From Phoronis australis (taxonomy: Eukaryota > Animalia > Phoronida): a stretch of DNA of 64,000 nucleotides. Each line of letters opens with the position of its first letter. Position 1 is the stretch's first letter. Shown piece by piece: positions 34,158 to 47,830 of this stretch. Under the pieces are notes generated by a model. The model was given only the letters and a program-made list of their open reading frames with translations, was not told where the DNA came from and ran no database searches. A program made the position numbers and the translations under genes. The stretch covers positions 739,391-803,390 of the forward strand of contig NMRA01000063.1 in the NCBI GenBank assembly GCA_002633005.1. Direction: 5' to 3'.

Positions 34158-35366
34158 TGCTTGACAACTCTAGGCGAGCCGACTCTTGCACGAGACGGTC
34201 TGCCACTTGCTGACTGTTTTACAGCGGCCAGCGCCACCTGTCTGGACAGGGGTAAGTGGTACCTGGTCAATCCTACAGCAATGAGTGTCACTAGAGGAGT
34301 CCTACCCTTGGACATGAAGTGACGACTGCCATCAATACCTGCCTTGCGTCGAGAAAAATAAATTCACAATCAGTGCTCTCTTTGAAAATATATCCAGATA
34401 TCTAACCTTTTTAGCAAGGTACTAGACTAAGTGCTACTCTTGGACTGTGAAGAGCGTCACCTGGTAAGTCCCACTGTCGGACAGTGCCGCCAGGTCAAAT
34501 TCACCGTTAGTAAGTCCTAGTGTTGGACTAGCTGAGTACCACCTGGTGTTATTGCTACAAGTGTAATTACAACAGTAACCAATCACTAGCAGAAAACAAT
34601 TCTGAAGTATCTGCATACGCACTACCAAAGAGCAGGTTGAAACTCATTTTTCAACTGCGCGATTTGTGAATGTGTGCTGAACAGAGGGAAACAGATGGTC
34701 ACAGATTAATTATAGTTACTTTTTATTACAGTTACTTGAGGACAACAACAAGTTCCAGTCTCTNTGCTTGACAACTCTAGGTGAGCCGACTCTTGCACGA
34801 GACGGTCTGCCACTTGCTGTTTTACAGCGGCCAGCGCCACCTGTCTGGACAGGGGTAAGTGGTACCTGGTCAATCCTACAGCAATGAGTGTCACTAGAGG
34901 AGTCCTACCCTTGGACATGAAGTGACGACTGCCATCAATACCTGCCTTGCGGCGAGAAAAATAAATTCACAATCAGTGCTCTCTTTGAAAATATATCCAG
35001 ATATCTAACCTTTTTAGCAAGGTACTAGACTAAGTGCTACTCTTGGACTGTGAAGAGCGTCACCTGGTAAGTCCCACTGTCGGACAGTGCCGCCAGGTCA
35101 AATTCACCGTTAGTAAGTCCTAGTGTTGGACTAGCTGAGTACCACCTGGTGTTATTGCTACAAGTGTAATTACAACAGTAACCAATCACTAGCAGAAAAC
35201 AATTCTGAAGTATCTGCATACGCACTACCAAAGAGCAGGTTGAAACTCATTTTTCAACTGCGCGATTTGTGAATGTGTGCTGAACAGAGGGAAACAGATG
35301 GTCACAGATTAATTATAGTTACTTTTTATTACAGTTACTTGAGGACAACAACAAGTTCCAGTCTCT
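34158..35366. other. ~605-bp tandem duplication joined by a single N (probable uncollapsed haplotype overlap)
   Basis: 34158-34763 and 34765-35366 differ only by a few SNPs and a small indel; N at 34764. Confidence 0.85.
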
Positions 35367-35979
35367 TCAGCGAATAGACCTACGCAACAACGTTGATATA
35401 TCCACTGTGCCCAAATCATTTCTTCAACTATTGTTACTGAGATGGCCACTGGATGTTTCTCAGCCTCCACTTGCCGAATTGGCACAGGGAATAATGTGTG
35501 TGGAGGAGTATGAGATATAAAACTGACTGGTGAAGATGTCACTGACTTTTGAGCTAACAACCAATTCAATGTGTATTTGGTTACTCCATTAACGTCCATA
35601 TTAATACCAAGGCACAGCTTGTTATTTATAATGTGTTCAGTCAACTGATTTTTTACTCAAGACAGTGCATCCCAACCAAGAGATTTTAAGTTCAAAATTG
35701 CAGCTTTAATATTGCGATCATCAAATGTAATCATAAGTCCTATACTCATCTCTAATTAGTTCCAAATACAAACTGAAAGAAACTCATCTTCAGTTCAATA
35801 CTACAACAGAATAGAAAATGTAAAAAAATAAGTTGGATTTCGATTTCAAAGATGGATTTTGAGTGTTGATGAGTTATCATTACTTCCAGTTAGAGAAGTC
35901 TCTTGTTACAAATGACAAATGACTACCAGCTAAACTGTAAGTTCTAGTCTAGCTAAAAGCCTGTAGACAAGAGAAGGAT

Positions 35980-36140
35980 CTAACCATATGTCTAGCCTAA
36001 CCATATGTCTAGCCCAATCATCTGTCTAGCCTAACCATATGTCTAGCCCAATCATCTGTCTAGCCTAACCATATACTATAACAAAGTCTAGCCTAACCAT
36101 ATACTATAACAAAGTCTAGCCTAACCATATACTATAACAA
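35980..36140. repeat. Short compound minisatellite (gtctagcctaaccatat core)
   Basis: 17-31-bp units sharing gtctagcc. Confidence 0.85.
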
Positions 36141-36791
36141 TGTATTTACTGTCACACTCATCTCACTGTTAAAACGCATCCTTTTTTTCAAAAAAACCAA
36201 CCTTTACTAATAGGCCTCTTATCATAATGAAATTGGTCTTGTCTCATTCTTTGTTCAGTTTAGAAGAGATCTCAGGACTGTTCAGAAAGAACAGACAATT
36301 CGCAATTCCTTCACACCAAGCTCATAATATTTTCAAGTCACACAGTTTCCTGAAATTTTAAAAGCTTAGTCTGAAAACATAAACTTTAAGTTCTTCATGA
36401 ACCCAGAAATTACTTACTTTTTTGACAAAAGAACAATTTGAGTCTAATTTCCCACTGATAAGAAGTTTAAGTCAACACAAAGCAAGCGTATAACACAGCT
36501 TTAAGGAAACTACTCCATGAGTACCTTAAAATGTAATCAAGGTAGATTTCACATTTAATGCTTTTATCAACTTACAAAGTTTACAACACTAGTGGATGGC
36601 TGTGTACAAAATAACAAAAGTATGCTGTAAAAAGAAAACAAATGTGCTCGACAGGTGTGAACCATTTTTTTCACAAAACAGCACACTAAACGTTTCATAA
36701 AAACATTTATAAAACACAATCAGTACTTGGCGTGAACAAGTGATCAATCAGTCTCTGTCTCCACAACAGTACTTGGCGTGAACGTGGTCAA

Positions 36792-36881
36792 TCAGTCTCT
36801 GTCTCCAAAATGGATATGCTTCCTTTGTAAAGAACCTGTCCCAGCTCCACCAACAGCTAACTTCTCAGCTTTTGCCAAAAT
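36792..36881 (-). CDS. LARP7: La-related protein 7, last coding exon
   Basis: cag|ATT; ILAKAEKLAVGGAGTGSLQRKHIHFGDRD*, matching LARP7 LITKAEK..KHIRF. Confidence 0.9.
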   Translation of the reverse strand: MLAKAEKLAVGGAGTGSLQRKHIHFGDRD

Positions 36882-37809
36882 CTGCAGCACAAGACATTTT
36901 TATACTAGACCAAAAACTCAGTTTTGTCATCACAAAGATCAATAGTCAATCCAATAACTACTACATAGCAGATGTATTTGGACATTAGTTTTTTGCAAGA
37001 GCAAAAACTTTTAGCTTTGTCATAAACCTAACTGGTAAAGTCAAACTACTTCCTCATACTAGCATCAAATAAGAAAGCGTATGAATTATATATTCTGTTT
37101 AAAAAGTGTCTCAGACATTCAGAAATATATTTAGTGTTAAAAAACTGTAACTGGAGATTAGTAACAGTTCCAAACCAATGTTATTGCTTACAACTAGAGC
37201 AACGCACAACGCAGACTATTGATAGGCACCCACCATGTGCATCACACAGCCCACATACAAGAGACAATCATTATTTTAGACACCTACTACCTTCATTGTG
37301 ATTCTTCATTCAGTTTGGATGAGAGGAAGATGGGCAACATACCGTGTGCCAATCTCAACAAGGCACAAATACTTCAAGGACATTTTAACAATCATGCAAT
37401 TAGTAAAGACATGAAAATGTGCCCCACTTTCTAAAGCAAGAGTTTTGTTTTAGGCGACAAAAATACATTTGTGCTCAGTCATTATCACATTCATAGGTAA
37501 ACATTTATCGAACTTCACAACGATCCTGCAAGGGGTTACGGAGACTATGGAAGGTATAGCCACCAAAATAATTACATCCATCTGAACATTAACGTCAGAT
37601 TTTGCTTTCTTCATAGCAACACTCTGAAGATACATGTATAACAGTAAACATCAACAAAATAATAGTGCCTCTGGGGGGGGGGNATAGTGCCTCTGGGGGG
37701 CATAGTGGTAGTTGAATACAACTGAGACTTGTCATTGTCGTCAACTTAATAGAAAAACACTTGTATAATTTCAAAAAAAAAAACTGTAAGAGGTTAAAGA
37801 GATACAACC

Positions 37810-40800
37810 ACGGACAAACAAAATAAAAACAAAATAGCCACTTGGAGGCACCACAGTAAGTCAGCTCCTCTGAAAATCCATGTCAGTCGTAGTCTTGTCA
37901 ACAAGGACACATTTGACGATTTCCATGATTGTTTGACAGAAAGAGAGGCAAATGCCAAAAATAGACTCGAAAATAATATGAACATCCACTTGGTAGAGCA
38001 GAATACGTCAAATTTGTACAAAAATGAGAAGTGACGTCATCTTTTTCTTTGAAACCTGTTTGTCAAATTTCAAGGAAAGATAGAGGCAAATGTAAAAAAA
38101 TAAAATTGCTGCTAGGGGGCACAGCAGAAGTTGAATCCGGTCAAAACCTGTTGCCCTCTGTCGTTGGTTTCATATGAACAAACCTGCCAAATTTCACAAA
38201 ATTAATGTCCTCCAAAGGATTAAGTACAAGCAACCGTGGACGCAAAAAAATAAAATTACTCCTAGGGGACATCAGAGTAATCAAAGCCGTCTGAAAATCA
38301 GGATCAGTCGTGGTCTTCTCATCAAGAATGCATCTGCCAATTCTCGAAATATCTCTTGATCAGCTGGGTATATTAAGCGGCGGATGCAAAAAACATTCAA
38401 ACATTTTTTCAATGACCACCAGGTGGCGCAGAATAGGCCAAATCTGTTCGAAAACTGGAAGAAACCTATGAACTAAATTTCATGAAAATCTATAGTGGAG
38501 TTCCAAAAAGACACAGAGGCAAGCATAACAAAATAAAATTGCCACAAAGGGACACGGAAGTAATCAGATGGGTCCTAAAGTTATTGTCCTCTGTCCTGAG
38601 CTTCCTAGGAACACATGGTCTGCCATATCTCATTATGAACCTAAAAGATATACATCGGCGGATGCCAGACAATGGATGTCAGACGCTCAAACAGAGATGA
38701 CAGCAATATGCAACCATATATAAAAAATGCATGCACATAAAAATTACTTTTAGTCTACGTACCCAGGCAATACCCCTTACGTAAAATATTGCAAGATTAG
38801 TTCAAATATTTAGAAAAGCTATAACTCAACTCCCAAATCATAAAAAAATATTTTTGTAGAGGGACGAGCCAAGAATTCAAATAAAATATGTAACTCCATG
38901 GTACGGACACTTATTGAGGCAAATAACAGTATTGTTACATTGCTTCTAAAAAGATAGGAGTCACCGCCATTTTTCGTGTGCAGGACTGTCTCATTTCTCA
39001 ACGTCTATCAATGCAAAGACATGCAGGAAGCCATTTCAAGCCAAAATCGTTATAAACAACGGCATATGATTAGATGTACTAACAACACATTGTCAACCAA
39101 GGCACCTAAAATTCTTTACCCTTTGTCAACAGAAATATATTGATACAAAATGTTGGTTTATGACTTTGACATGTATTTCAGAGGAACACAAGCCCAAAAT
39201 TGCTGAGGACTTATGTTGGAGAATCTGCAGCTGGCTACACTGCAAAATGAACGTGTGCTCAGTGTGACAAAATATAATGCTTGTTGCTGACTATTAGGAA
39301 TGCATAGAACAAAGATGTAGTTTGCATGTTAAAGACTTCCACCGCACTAACTGGGTAACGTGGAAATTGCTAAATTTAAATTGAAATTAGGTACTAAGTA
39401 ACCAGTATAGAATTGTCCTGTCTAAGCAATTAATGAGTTAACTTCACTCAACAATTTTATCATGAGTTTAATTACGAATGCTAATTCCCTACATCAAAAC
39501 AAAAACAACGCTGAGCATTGAAATGCACCCAAGATAGCAACGTAAACAGCATAATTTGCTTCTATGGGTGTTTTTAGTATTATAAACATGGTCATTAGAT
39601 GGCGTATAATGCATCAAACCTGTATGTCAGAATGTTACATGGATGTCAACCAACTAGTTGCAAAGCACACGCCACCTTGCGCAATACAGAAATGGTCCAG
39701 GCGTTATCAAATCCTTAACAAAACCTATTTGCCGTATTACACGAAAATACAAAGTGAACTCTGAAGATACAGATGTTAACACAAAAATACTTTCTACTAA
39801 AGGGGCACATTGATATTTGGTTCAGTTCGACATTTGTTACCATTTGTTGTCGGTCCATAGAAACATTTCTTTAATAACAATAGCAACGGGTAGCATTGAA
39901 ATGCACCCAAGAATGCATTGTAAATGCTGTGCTTCTAGGGATGTCTATTTGTATCATAAAAAGAGCCACAAGATGGCACAAAATAGGTCGGATCCATCTG
40001 AAAACGCGAACATGCCATCATTTCCTTACTAGAAAGCTATTTGCCAAATTTCATAAAAATCTGTGAAGGAACTTCAGAGCAACAAAGGAAAATGGCAAAA
40101 AAATGAAATTGCCACCAGGAAGCACAGCGTTCTTTGGATCCGCCTGAAAGTCGTCGCCTGTTGTTAACTTCATATAAATACACCAATTAAATATAATAAA
40201 GATCCTGCTGTGGGTTTAGATGATACAGCTTTGTGCGCAAAAAACTGCCACTAGGAGGCGCCACAGTAGTTGAAGGTCTCACGTCAATTGTTCTCTTCAC
40301 ACTGCGAACATATACGCCAATTTTCAAAATCATCCTCAGAATGGCTTGGTTGATAGAGGGGCACACGCCAAAAAACACTCGAATAACCCCAAAAATTCCA
40401 CTAGGTGGGGCAAAATACCTCAAATTAATCCGAAAACGGGAGGATAGCATCATCTCACCAATAGATGCCCATATTCCAATTTTTATGAAAAGCCATTGAG
40501 GACCTTTCAAGATACAAAGGCAAATGTAACAAACTAAAACTAGCACTAGGGGGCACACGGGAAGTCAGATCCGTCCTAAAGTCATCGTCGTTCGTGGTCA
40601 ACATCATACCAATACACACACAAAATTTAGTAAAGATCCTGCAGAGGATTTAAGAGATACAGCCATGGGCGCAAGAAAAAAACTGCCACAAGGATGCACC
40701 ACAGTAGTCGAAGTCGCCGGAAAATGACAATCAGCCATCCTCTTCATAGTAAGAACATACATGCCAATTTTCACAGTCTTCCTCAGAGCGGTTCAGTTGA

Positions 40801-43800
40801 TAGTGGGGCGAATGCAGACTCCAAAAACAGTAACAAGAGCAACGCAAAGCATTGAATTGCGCCCACGGTGTGCTTTTAGGGCTGTTTATTAGTATCATAA
40901 AAATGGCCATTAGATGGCACAAAATACATTGAATCCATCAGAAAACTGGTATATGCCATCAAACCTATTTAAAAATTTTCATGCAAATTGGTCAAGGAAG
41001 TTCTGAGAGACCGAGGAAAACAGAAAAAACGAAGTTGTCACTTGTAGGCTATGGGCGCAAAAAAAAAACAACTGCTACTGGGAGGCGCCGCAGTAGTTGC
41101 AGTCATCGGAAAATCATCGCCAACCGTCCTCTTCACTAACAACACAGATGCTAATTTTCACAACTATCCTTAGAGTGTGAGTGGTTTGGTTCATGGAGGG
41201 GCGGTTGCCAAAAACAGACTAAAAAAACAGAAAAAATGGCCACTAGTTGGCGCAAGATATGTCGAATCCATCCAAAAACAGGAACACGTAATCGTTTCAA
41301 TCGAAAGCTATTTACCAAATTTCATAAATATCTGATCAACAGCTTCAGAAAAACAGAGAAAAATGGAAAAAAATAAAATTACCACTAGGGGGCACAGTGT
41401 TATTCAGATCTATCTGAAAGTCGTCGTCATTTGTTGTCAACTTCATATCAATACACTTTCTAAATTTAATAACGATCCTGAAGAGGGTTCAGGAGATACA
41501 GCCATGCCGTCAAAAAATACATGCCACTAAGAGACGCCACAGTAGCCGAGGTCATCGGAAAATCATTGTCAGCCATCCACATAAGAAAATACATGCCAAT
41601 TTCCAAAATCATCCTTAGAGTGGTTTGGTTGACAGAGGAGCACATGCCAAAAACAGACTCGAAAATAGTAAAAATGACCACTAGGTGGCACAAAATACTT
41701 TGAATCAATCCAAAAACCGGATGATAGCATCAGCTCACTAATAGATGCCTATATGCCAAATTTTATGAAAATGCGTTGAGGACATTTGAAGAGCATACAG
41801 AGGTAAACGTAAAAAACTAAACTTGCCACAAGGGGGCACACTGGTAGTCCGATACATCCGAAAGTCGTCGTCGTCAATTGTTGTCAACTTCATATAGATA
41901 CACTTGGAAAACTTAATAAAGATCCTGTATAGCATTCAGGAGATATATTCATGAGTGCAAAAACAAACAAAACCGCCACTAGCATGTGCCACAGTGGTTG
42001 AAGTCGTCGGAAAATCATCGCCAACTGCCCTCTTCAAAGTAAGAACATATACGCCAATTTTCACAATCGTCACCTTCATAGGAACACATCATAGACTACC
42101 AAATCTCATCAATATCCTGAGTGCGGATGCTGGACGCCTGGATGCCCAAACAGAGATGACGGCAATATGCACCCACATAAAAATATGTGGGCGGATAAAA
42201 ATGGCCACTAGGTAGCTTAAAATACCTCAAATCCATCCGAAAAAAGGATAGCGTCATCTCCCTAATAGATGCTTATATGCCAAATTTTATGAAAATCCAT
42301 TGAGGACACTTGAAGATACAGAGGTGAACATAAAAAAATAAAATTCCCACTACGGAGCACACCAGTAGCAGGGCTCAACACTAACGGTTGCCTGATTGCC
42401 TGTGTACATGTAGATTTTGCGTCAAGCAAGAGGAATTTGAAAAGTACCTGCCCGATGGGCAAGTTAAAAAGCTGGCCGCATAGGCAAGTAGATCCCAAGA
42501 TTGTCTGCTGGACATTTGCTCCAAAGTTACGAACGCCAACACAAACATAAGTACCGTATAAAAACCCCCGGTGACCATCAAAGGAACTCCCGTCTTCGAA
42601 TGAGCACCGTAAGGAAAATTGAATGAGTGCGATGCTGCGTGCACAGATGACGCCCGCAGTCACATCCTTTCTATTCTCTGAATGAGCCTTGCAGCTTCTG
42701 AATAAGTTGTCACAGTGATACTACTGATCGTCTGCACTCTGGCAAAATGTCCAAACAAGGAAGTCTGGACGGCTTTCTTGGTTTAGTTGCTAAAAACGAC
42801 CCCAGGAAGAATCAAAGCAACAATATGAAAAGGAAAGAGTGCGGGGGTGGGTTCCGTCATGGGAAATTAGGTTTCCTGGCCTGCGAGACAGTGAACAAGG
42901 GATGACACGTGATTTTTGCCGGTGTTTCCAATGTACAGCTGGAAGCACCGCGTTCGTCGGCGGAAGTAAGTCATACAGATAAGCGCAAAAGCTAAAAAGT
43001 GAATGATTGACCACATAATTTCTACACTACACAACAGTTTTAAAGGCCTGCTATTTATTCGAGGGGATTTCCAAAGAAAACTCTTATGAATTCCCGCCTC
43101 CTTGTGCCGACTCCCAAAAGAAGAGGAATACGGTCTTCAGGATTGTCGCTCTGAAGAGTGACTTATTCGCGTTCTATTTATTTTTCAAAAATGTAATTAT
43201 TTATTGAAAATAAAAGTATATGTGGCATTATAATATGTTAATATTTGATTTTAAACTAATGTAAGGTACTGATGACCAAAACTGAGCAAGACTTTTACGG
43301 GTAGCAAATTCAAATTCAGGTTAGACAACAAAACAAATAATCCAGACTATTCTAATGAATACAAACAAGTGTCTAGAGTTGGTGTCCTAGCTCATTTCGG
43401 TGCCTGTGAACGTGAGACAATGGTTCAGGTAACATAATATGTCTCTAGTTTTCTGACACACCTTATAAATAAATGTTTCTAGAAGAATCATTAAAAAATA
43501 GCAACTCAAATATACAGCATGCACGGCACTAGAGGAGGCTCACCACAGACAGCCCTACCATAACACATTACCTATGTGTGCACACGCACGATGCTACTTG
43601 AGATTGTATTTGGGGCAAGTGAGCTTGTTGTCCGGGCAAGTAAAAATTTGAACTACTTAAAAAGTTGCGCCCTGAGTAGTCGGATCCCTCCCATCCATGA
43701 AAGGAATGAGGAGGTGTATGCAACATTTCATGAACATATGTCAAAGGGTTTTGGAAATAGAGCAGCAGACGTCGAACGGATGCCGGACACATGGACGGGG

Positions 43801-45175
43801 ATGACAGCATATTGCGTCTACATATATATGTAGGCGCATAAAAATCACTAAGCTCTTTCAAAGGTTAAGGAGATGCGGCCTCAGATGCAAAAAAAAACAA
43901 AATCACCACTATGGGGCGACACAGTAGTTACTAGTCAGACCTGGCCGAAAGTCAACTTCAGTTGAGACCTTTTCATCAGGAACACATCTGTAAATTCTCA
44001 AAAAGATCCTTTAAGTGGCATGGCAGATAGGGAGATTGACACCAGAAAACAGATGCAAAAATGATAAAAATGGCCATTAGGTGGAGCAGAACACATCAAA
44101 TCTGTAAGAAAATTGGAAGGCATTGTAGTCTCCTTAATAGAAATCTATTTGCCGAATTTCATGAAAATATAACTGAAATCCAAAGATACAGAGGTAAACG
44201 TAAAAAACAATTTGGGGGGAGGGGGGCACAGTGATATTTGGATCAGTTCGACACTCGGTACTGTTTGTTGACAGCTCTATAGGAATACATCTTTCAAATT
44301 TCACAAAGCTCCTTCAACGGGTTAAGGAGATTTGGCCACAGACGCAAACAAAGAAAATCTCCATAAGGAGGCAACACAGTAGACGGACCTGTCCAAAAGA
44401 CAACATAATTTATGGCCTTATCCTAAACAACACGTCTGTAAATTGTCGTACTGTTCCTTTAAATAGCATGGCAGATAGGCAAGTGAATGCAAGAAAATGG
44501 GTGCAAAAATGGCCAAAAGGTGGAGAAAGAAAACATCTAACCTGTGCATAAATGGGAAGGCGTTGGCGTCTCCATAATAACTGAAGCCTATTTGCCGAAT
44601 TTCATGAAAATAAATTACTGAAGTTCAAAGACCGAGAGGCAAACGTAAAAAAACATTTGCCACTATGGGACACAGTTGTGGTATCTGGATCAGATCCAAC
44701 ACTCGCTACTGCTTGTCGACGACTCCACAGAAATATATCTTTCAAATTTCACAAGCTGCTTCAAACGGTTAAGGAGATTCAACCGCAGCCGCAAAAAAAA
44801 TCACCACTAGGAGGCGACACAGTAGTTAGACCCGTCTCATCAGCAAAAGAACTGTAAACTTTCATAACGATCCTTTGAGCAGTATGGCAGATAGGGAGGC
44901 ATACGCCAGAAAACGGACACAAAAATAACAAAAAATGTTCCCTAGGTGGCATAAAATTTGTTGAATGGGTCCAATTTTATGAAAATCTGTCAAGGAACCT
45001 TGAAGATACAGAGGTAAATGTAAAGAACTAAAATTGCCACTAGGGAGGCACGGCGGTATTTGAGTTGGTCCGAAGCTCGTCGTCATCTGTCATCAGGAAC
45101 ATACCTGCCAAATTTCAATAAAATCTTGCAAGGGGTTAGGAGATAAGCCACCGATGCTGGACCCCCGGACGTCCA
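37810..45175 (+). repeat. Cluster of complex ~145-bp-subunit repeats carrying CCACTAGRKGGCRC motifs, in the last LARP7 intron
   Basis: Recurring modules ccactagRKggc..., ccaaatttcatgaaaat, gagatacag; at least three nested or adjacent copies, with unique DNA at about 38750-39500. Confidence 0.85.
42369..43674 (+). mobile_element. Internally deleted hAT-type transposon with 5-bp TSD (hAT5-like)
   Basis: CAGGGCTCAAC ... GTTGCGCCCTG; AGTAG duplicated, with the empty-site sequence ccagtagtcggatc seen in the sister repeat near 58155; N-terminal zinc-finger remnant RGWVPSWEIRFPGL..GM..FCR.F..AFVGG at 42747-42980. Confidence 0.8.
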
Positions 45176-45178
45176 AAC

Positions 45179-45309
45179 AGATGATGGCAATGTAAACATG
45201 TGGCTGCATAAGATGATGGCAATGTAAACATGTGGCTGCACAAGATGATGGCAATGTAAACATGTGGCTGCATAAGATGATGGCAATGTAAACATGTGGC
45301 TGCATAAGA
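45179..45309. repeat. 32-bp tandem repeat, 4 copies
   Basis: agatgatggcaatgtaaacatgtggctgcata. Confidence 0.95.
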
Positions 45310-45546
45310 CCATAAAAAGGTTTTACTCTCAAATCATGAAACAAAACAACAGTATTTTAAAGATGTTGCACGAGGCCTTAAATATAAATATCCTTCACCC
45401 ATCCCAGGCACTTGGTGCACCCCCAAAGCAACACTGGTAAGCAGGCACACCTTCATGAAATCCATTCAATGGCTTCCTGCAATGCACAACACAAGGACAA
45501 AAATCAATATTTTCAACATATTCTACTTCTAAAATGAAAAGTTAAC

Positions 45547-45641
45547 CTTTTCTGATCCCCTTTTCTTTATTCTATTCTTTGAGGCTAACTTAGCTTGCCT
45601 GTCTGCATGTAGTCGATCCCAGTAAGACTTCTCATCATCTC
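45547..45641 (-). CDS. LARP7: LARP7 coding exon (xRRM helix 3)
   Basis: (G)DDEKSYWDRLHADRQAKLASKNRIKKRGSEK, matching E..YW.KI..DRQAKL..KKRG.EK; tag| and |gttaac. Confidence 0.93.
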
Positions 45642-47830
45642 CTACAACATAAGATAGGATGTGACTTGACACAGCTTAAAGTGGAAATTGCAAGATAATT
45701 CCTTATCTCTCTGATTGCCTGACCAAATTAGTTAGAAACACAGCATATAGCGACGATGTTAATATGAAGTAGGTTGAAAATTGCCAAGAACGAGTTTGGA
45801 GGTGAAAATGATCCGCCTCAAATCACTAACTGTGTCCTGTAGGTATTGTTTTGTGGTGCTGGGGAATAACAGCATGTTGCGAGCTACGTGAGCCCATGAT
45901 GTCATTAGTGGAAAGGTCACCCATTTGCAGATTTTTTTATTTCCACATTTACAAGTTGTCAATGAAAACAACTGCATTTTGCTTAGCGAACATTAAGTTG
46001 AAATAACATTGTTGTTTAGTTCCTGCTGTACATTAGCATAGTTGGGAGCATGCAAATACTGATCTTTAAGAAGTACAGCACACATCACTAATTTTTGTCC
46101 GACCCATTGGAAATCAGTCGACGACCGGTCGTCTAGCCAACCAGCAACAGTCTGCTAAGAGTTGCTCAGCTGATTCACCTCTGCAGTCGGCAATTGGGTC
46201 AGCAAACTGGTCGCCTAGCCGACCGATTTGGATTATGCATATCCGCAGTCGGCAATTAACGTTTTATAACTTACTGAATGAACTTAGGACAAACTGGTGG
46301 CTTAGCCGACATATAATCGAATTATGCATATCCTCATGCGGCAATTAGCTTTTATGACTTAGCGGATGAACTTTGGACAAACAAGGCATCAAACCCTGGC
46401 TATGAAGTGTTTAATATGTACAACAATGGAGAAAAGTTGAAATGTTACACTGAAATTGTATAAACATTCAAAAACAACGCTGGACGTGCTACGACTGAAG
46501 GCCTTTTAAAGCCAGTAAATGTTCAAAGAGTAGCTCTCAATTGTACCCTATTATATCTATCGCTTCTGATTATCACTTCATCATGTATTCACATCCTCCA
46601 TTGAAAATTGTTTTATTTTATATAAGTTTTCAATATGTTGTTGATAGAAAAATGTTTATTTTGGAACAATATCAACAACCGTTGATCACTAGTGCAGATT
46701 TTAACGTCACCTATGCATGAAACCAGCAAGCACAAAGCTAGGATTGGTTATAGCGTCAACAGTGATCATTCCATGTTTGATGTCACAGTCGAAGTTCATG
46801 AAAATTGTAACCTTATGATTTTGAAGTTGCAGCCTTCCAACATTTTCAGAAACCCTCTCCACTGAATAACGGAAAAATTTGGTTTTCAAAGTCTATAAGT
46901 AGGCATGTTCTAAGAGAATACTCGGATGTAACAAGACACAAGTTACAGCCCACTACTCTGAACGCCAACTTTTCGAAAAAGACACAATATTCCAAAGGCC
47001 CACTCATACTACAAAAAACACTACCCCGGCCAGAACCCCACCACTCCGAAAAAAAACTACACCGAAGAAACCGCATGCCTCCTCCAAATATGAATGCATT
47101 TGTTTTATTTGATAAAATTAATATGATAAATTTTCTTTTGGTCAAATGAACTTCAAAGAAGATGCGATTTAACAGCTGTAAACTACAAAGACAGTAGAAA
47201 CGGCAGAAACAAGACACTGGACTTCATTGTCCATATTTTAATTTTTGCATACTTTAATTCAAAGTAACAAATTGATTACCCATTCGTGAAACTGAGAGAA
47301 AAATTATATAGGTCCAGTAAAAAATTTTAAAATTCAAAATATTACACATTTCATAGTAATGTTTTTTGGAGTAGTGAACTTTTGGAATATTGAGGTGTTA
47401 CTCTGTCCACGATGCCCGTTATTCAGTTTAAGTGTCACGTAGATAGTCAGACGTATACATTGAGGGGGAATAGAAGTCATCTATAATTACATATCATTAC
47501 AAACACCTGTTGAGTGATTATTTTTGACGACAGCGTTTTTCAAATGCAGAATCTAATCTGTTGTTACTGAGTGCCGTAACATTTTGGTTACCATTCTTTC
47601 CAAACTCCACATGAAAATAAATGATTGAAATACTAACATTGTAACACTGTATGCCCTGAAATTGTTGTTCTAATTGTAGGGTAAACAACTATCATCAGAT
47701 ATATACATGTACACAAAGTTAACGTCTTCTTGTACTGAACACATACTTTGTAGTTCGCTACGTTCGACGGCAACACGACTCTGGAAACTATTGAAAACAA
47801 AATCTTTAATTTCTTAAAGCAGATAAGCTT

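Noticed and set aside
34158-35366. Recent tandem gene or exon duplication
   Set aside because: A single N at the junction and allele-level differences indicate an unmerged haplotype overlap; the same pattern occurs at 37683 and 57012.
31425-35644. Possible minus-strand multi-exon gene from short ORFs with plausible splice sites
   Set aside because: No recognisable protein and it overlaps plus-strand LRR remnants; cannot be supported without transcripts.
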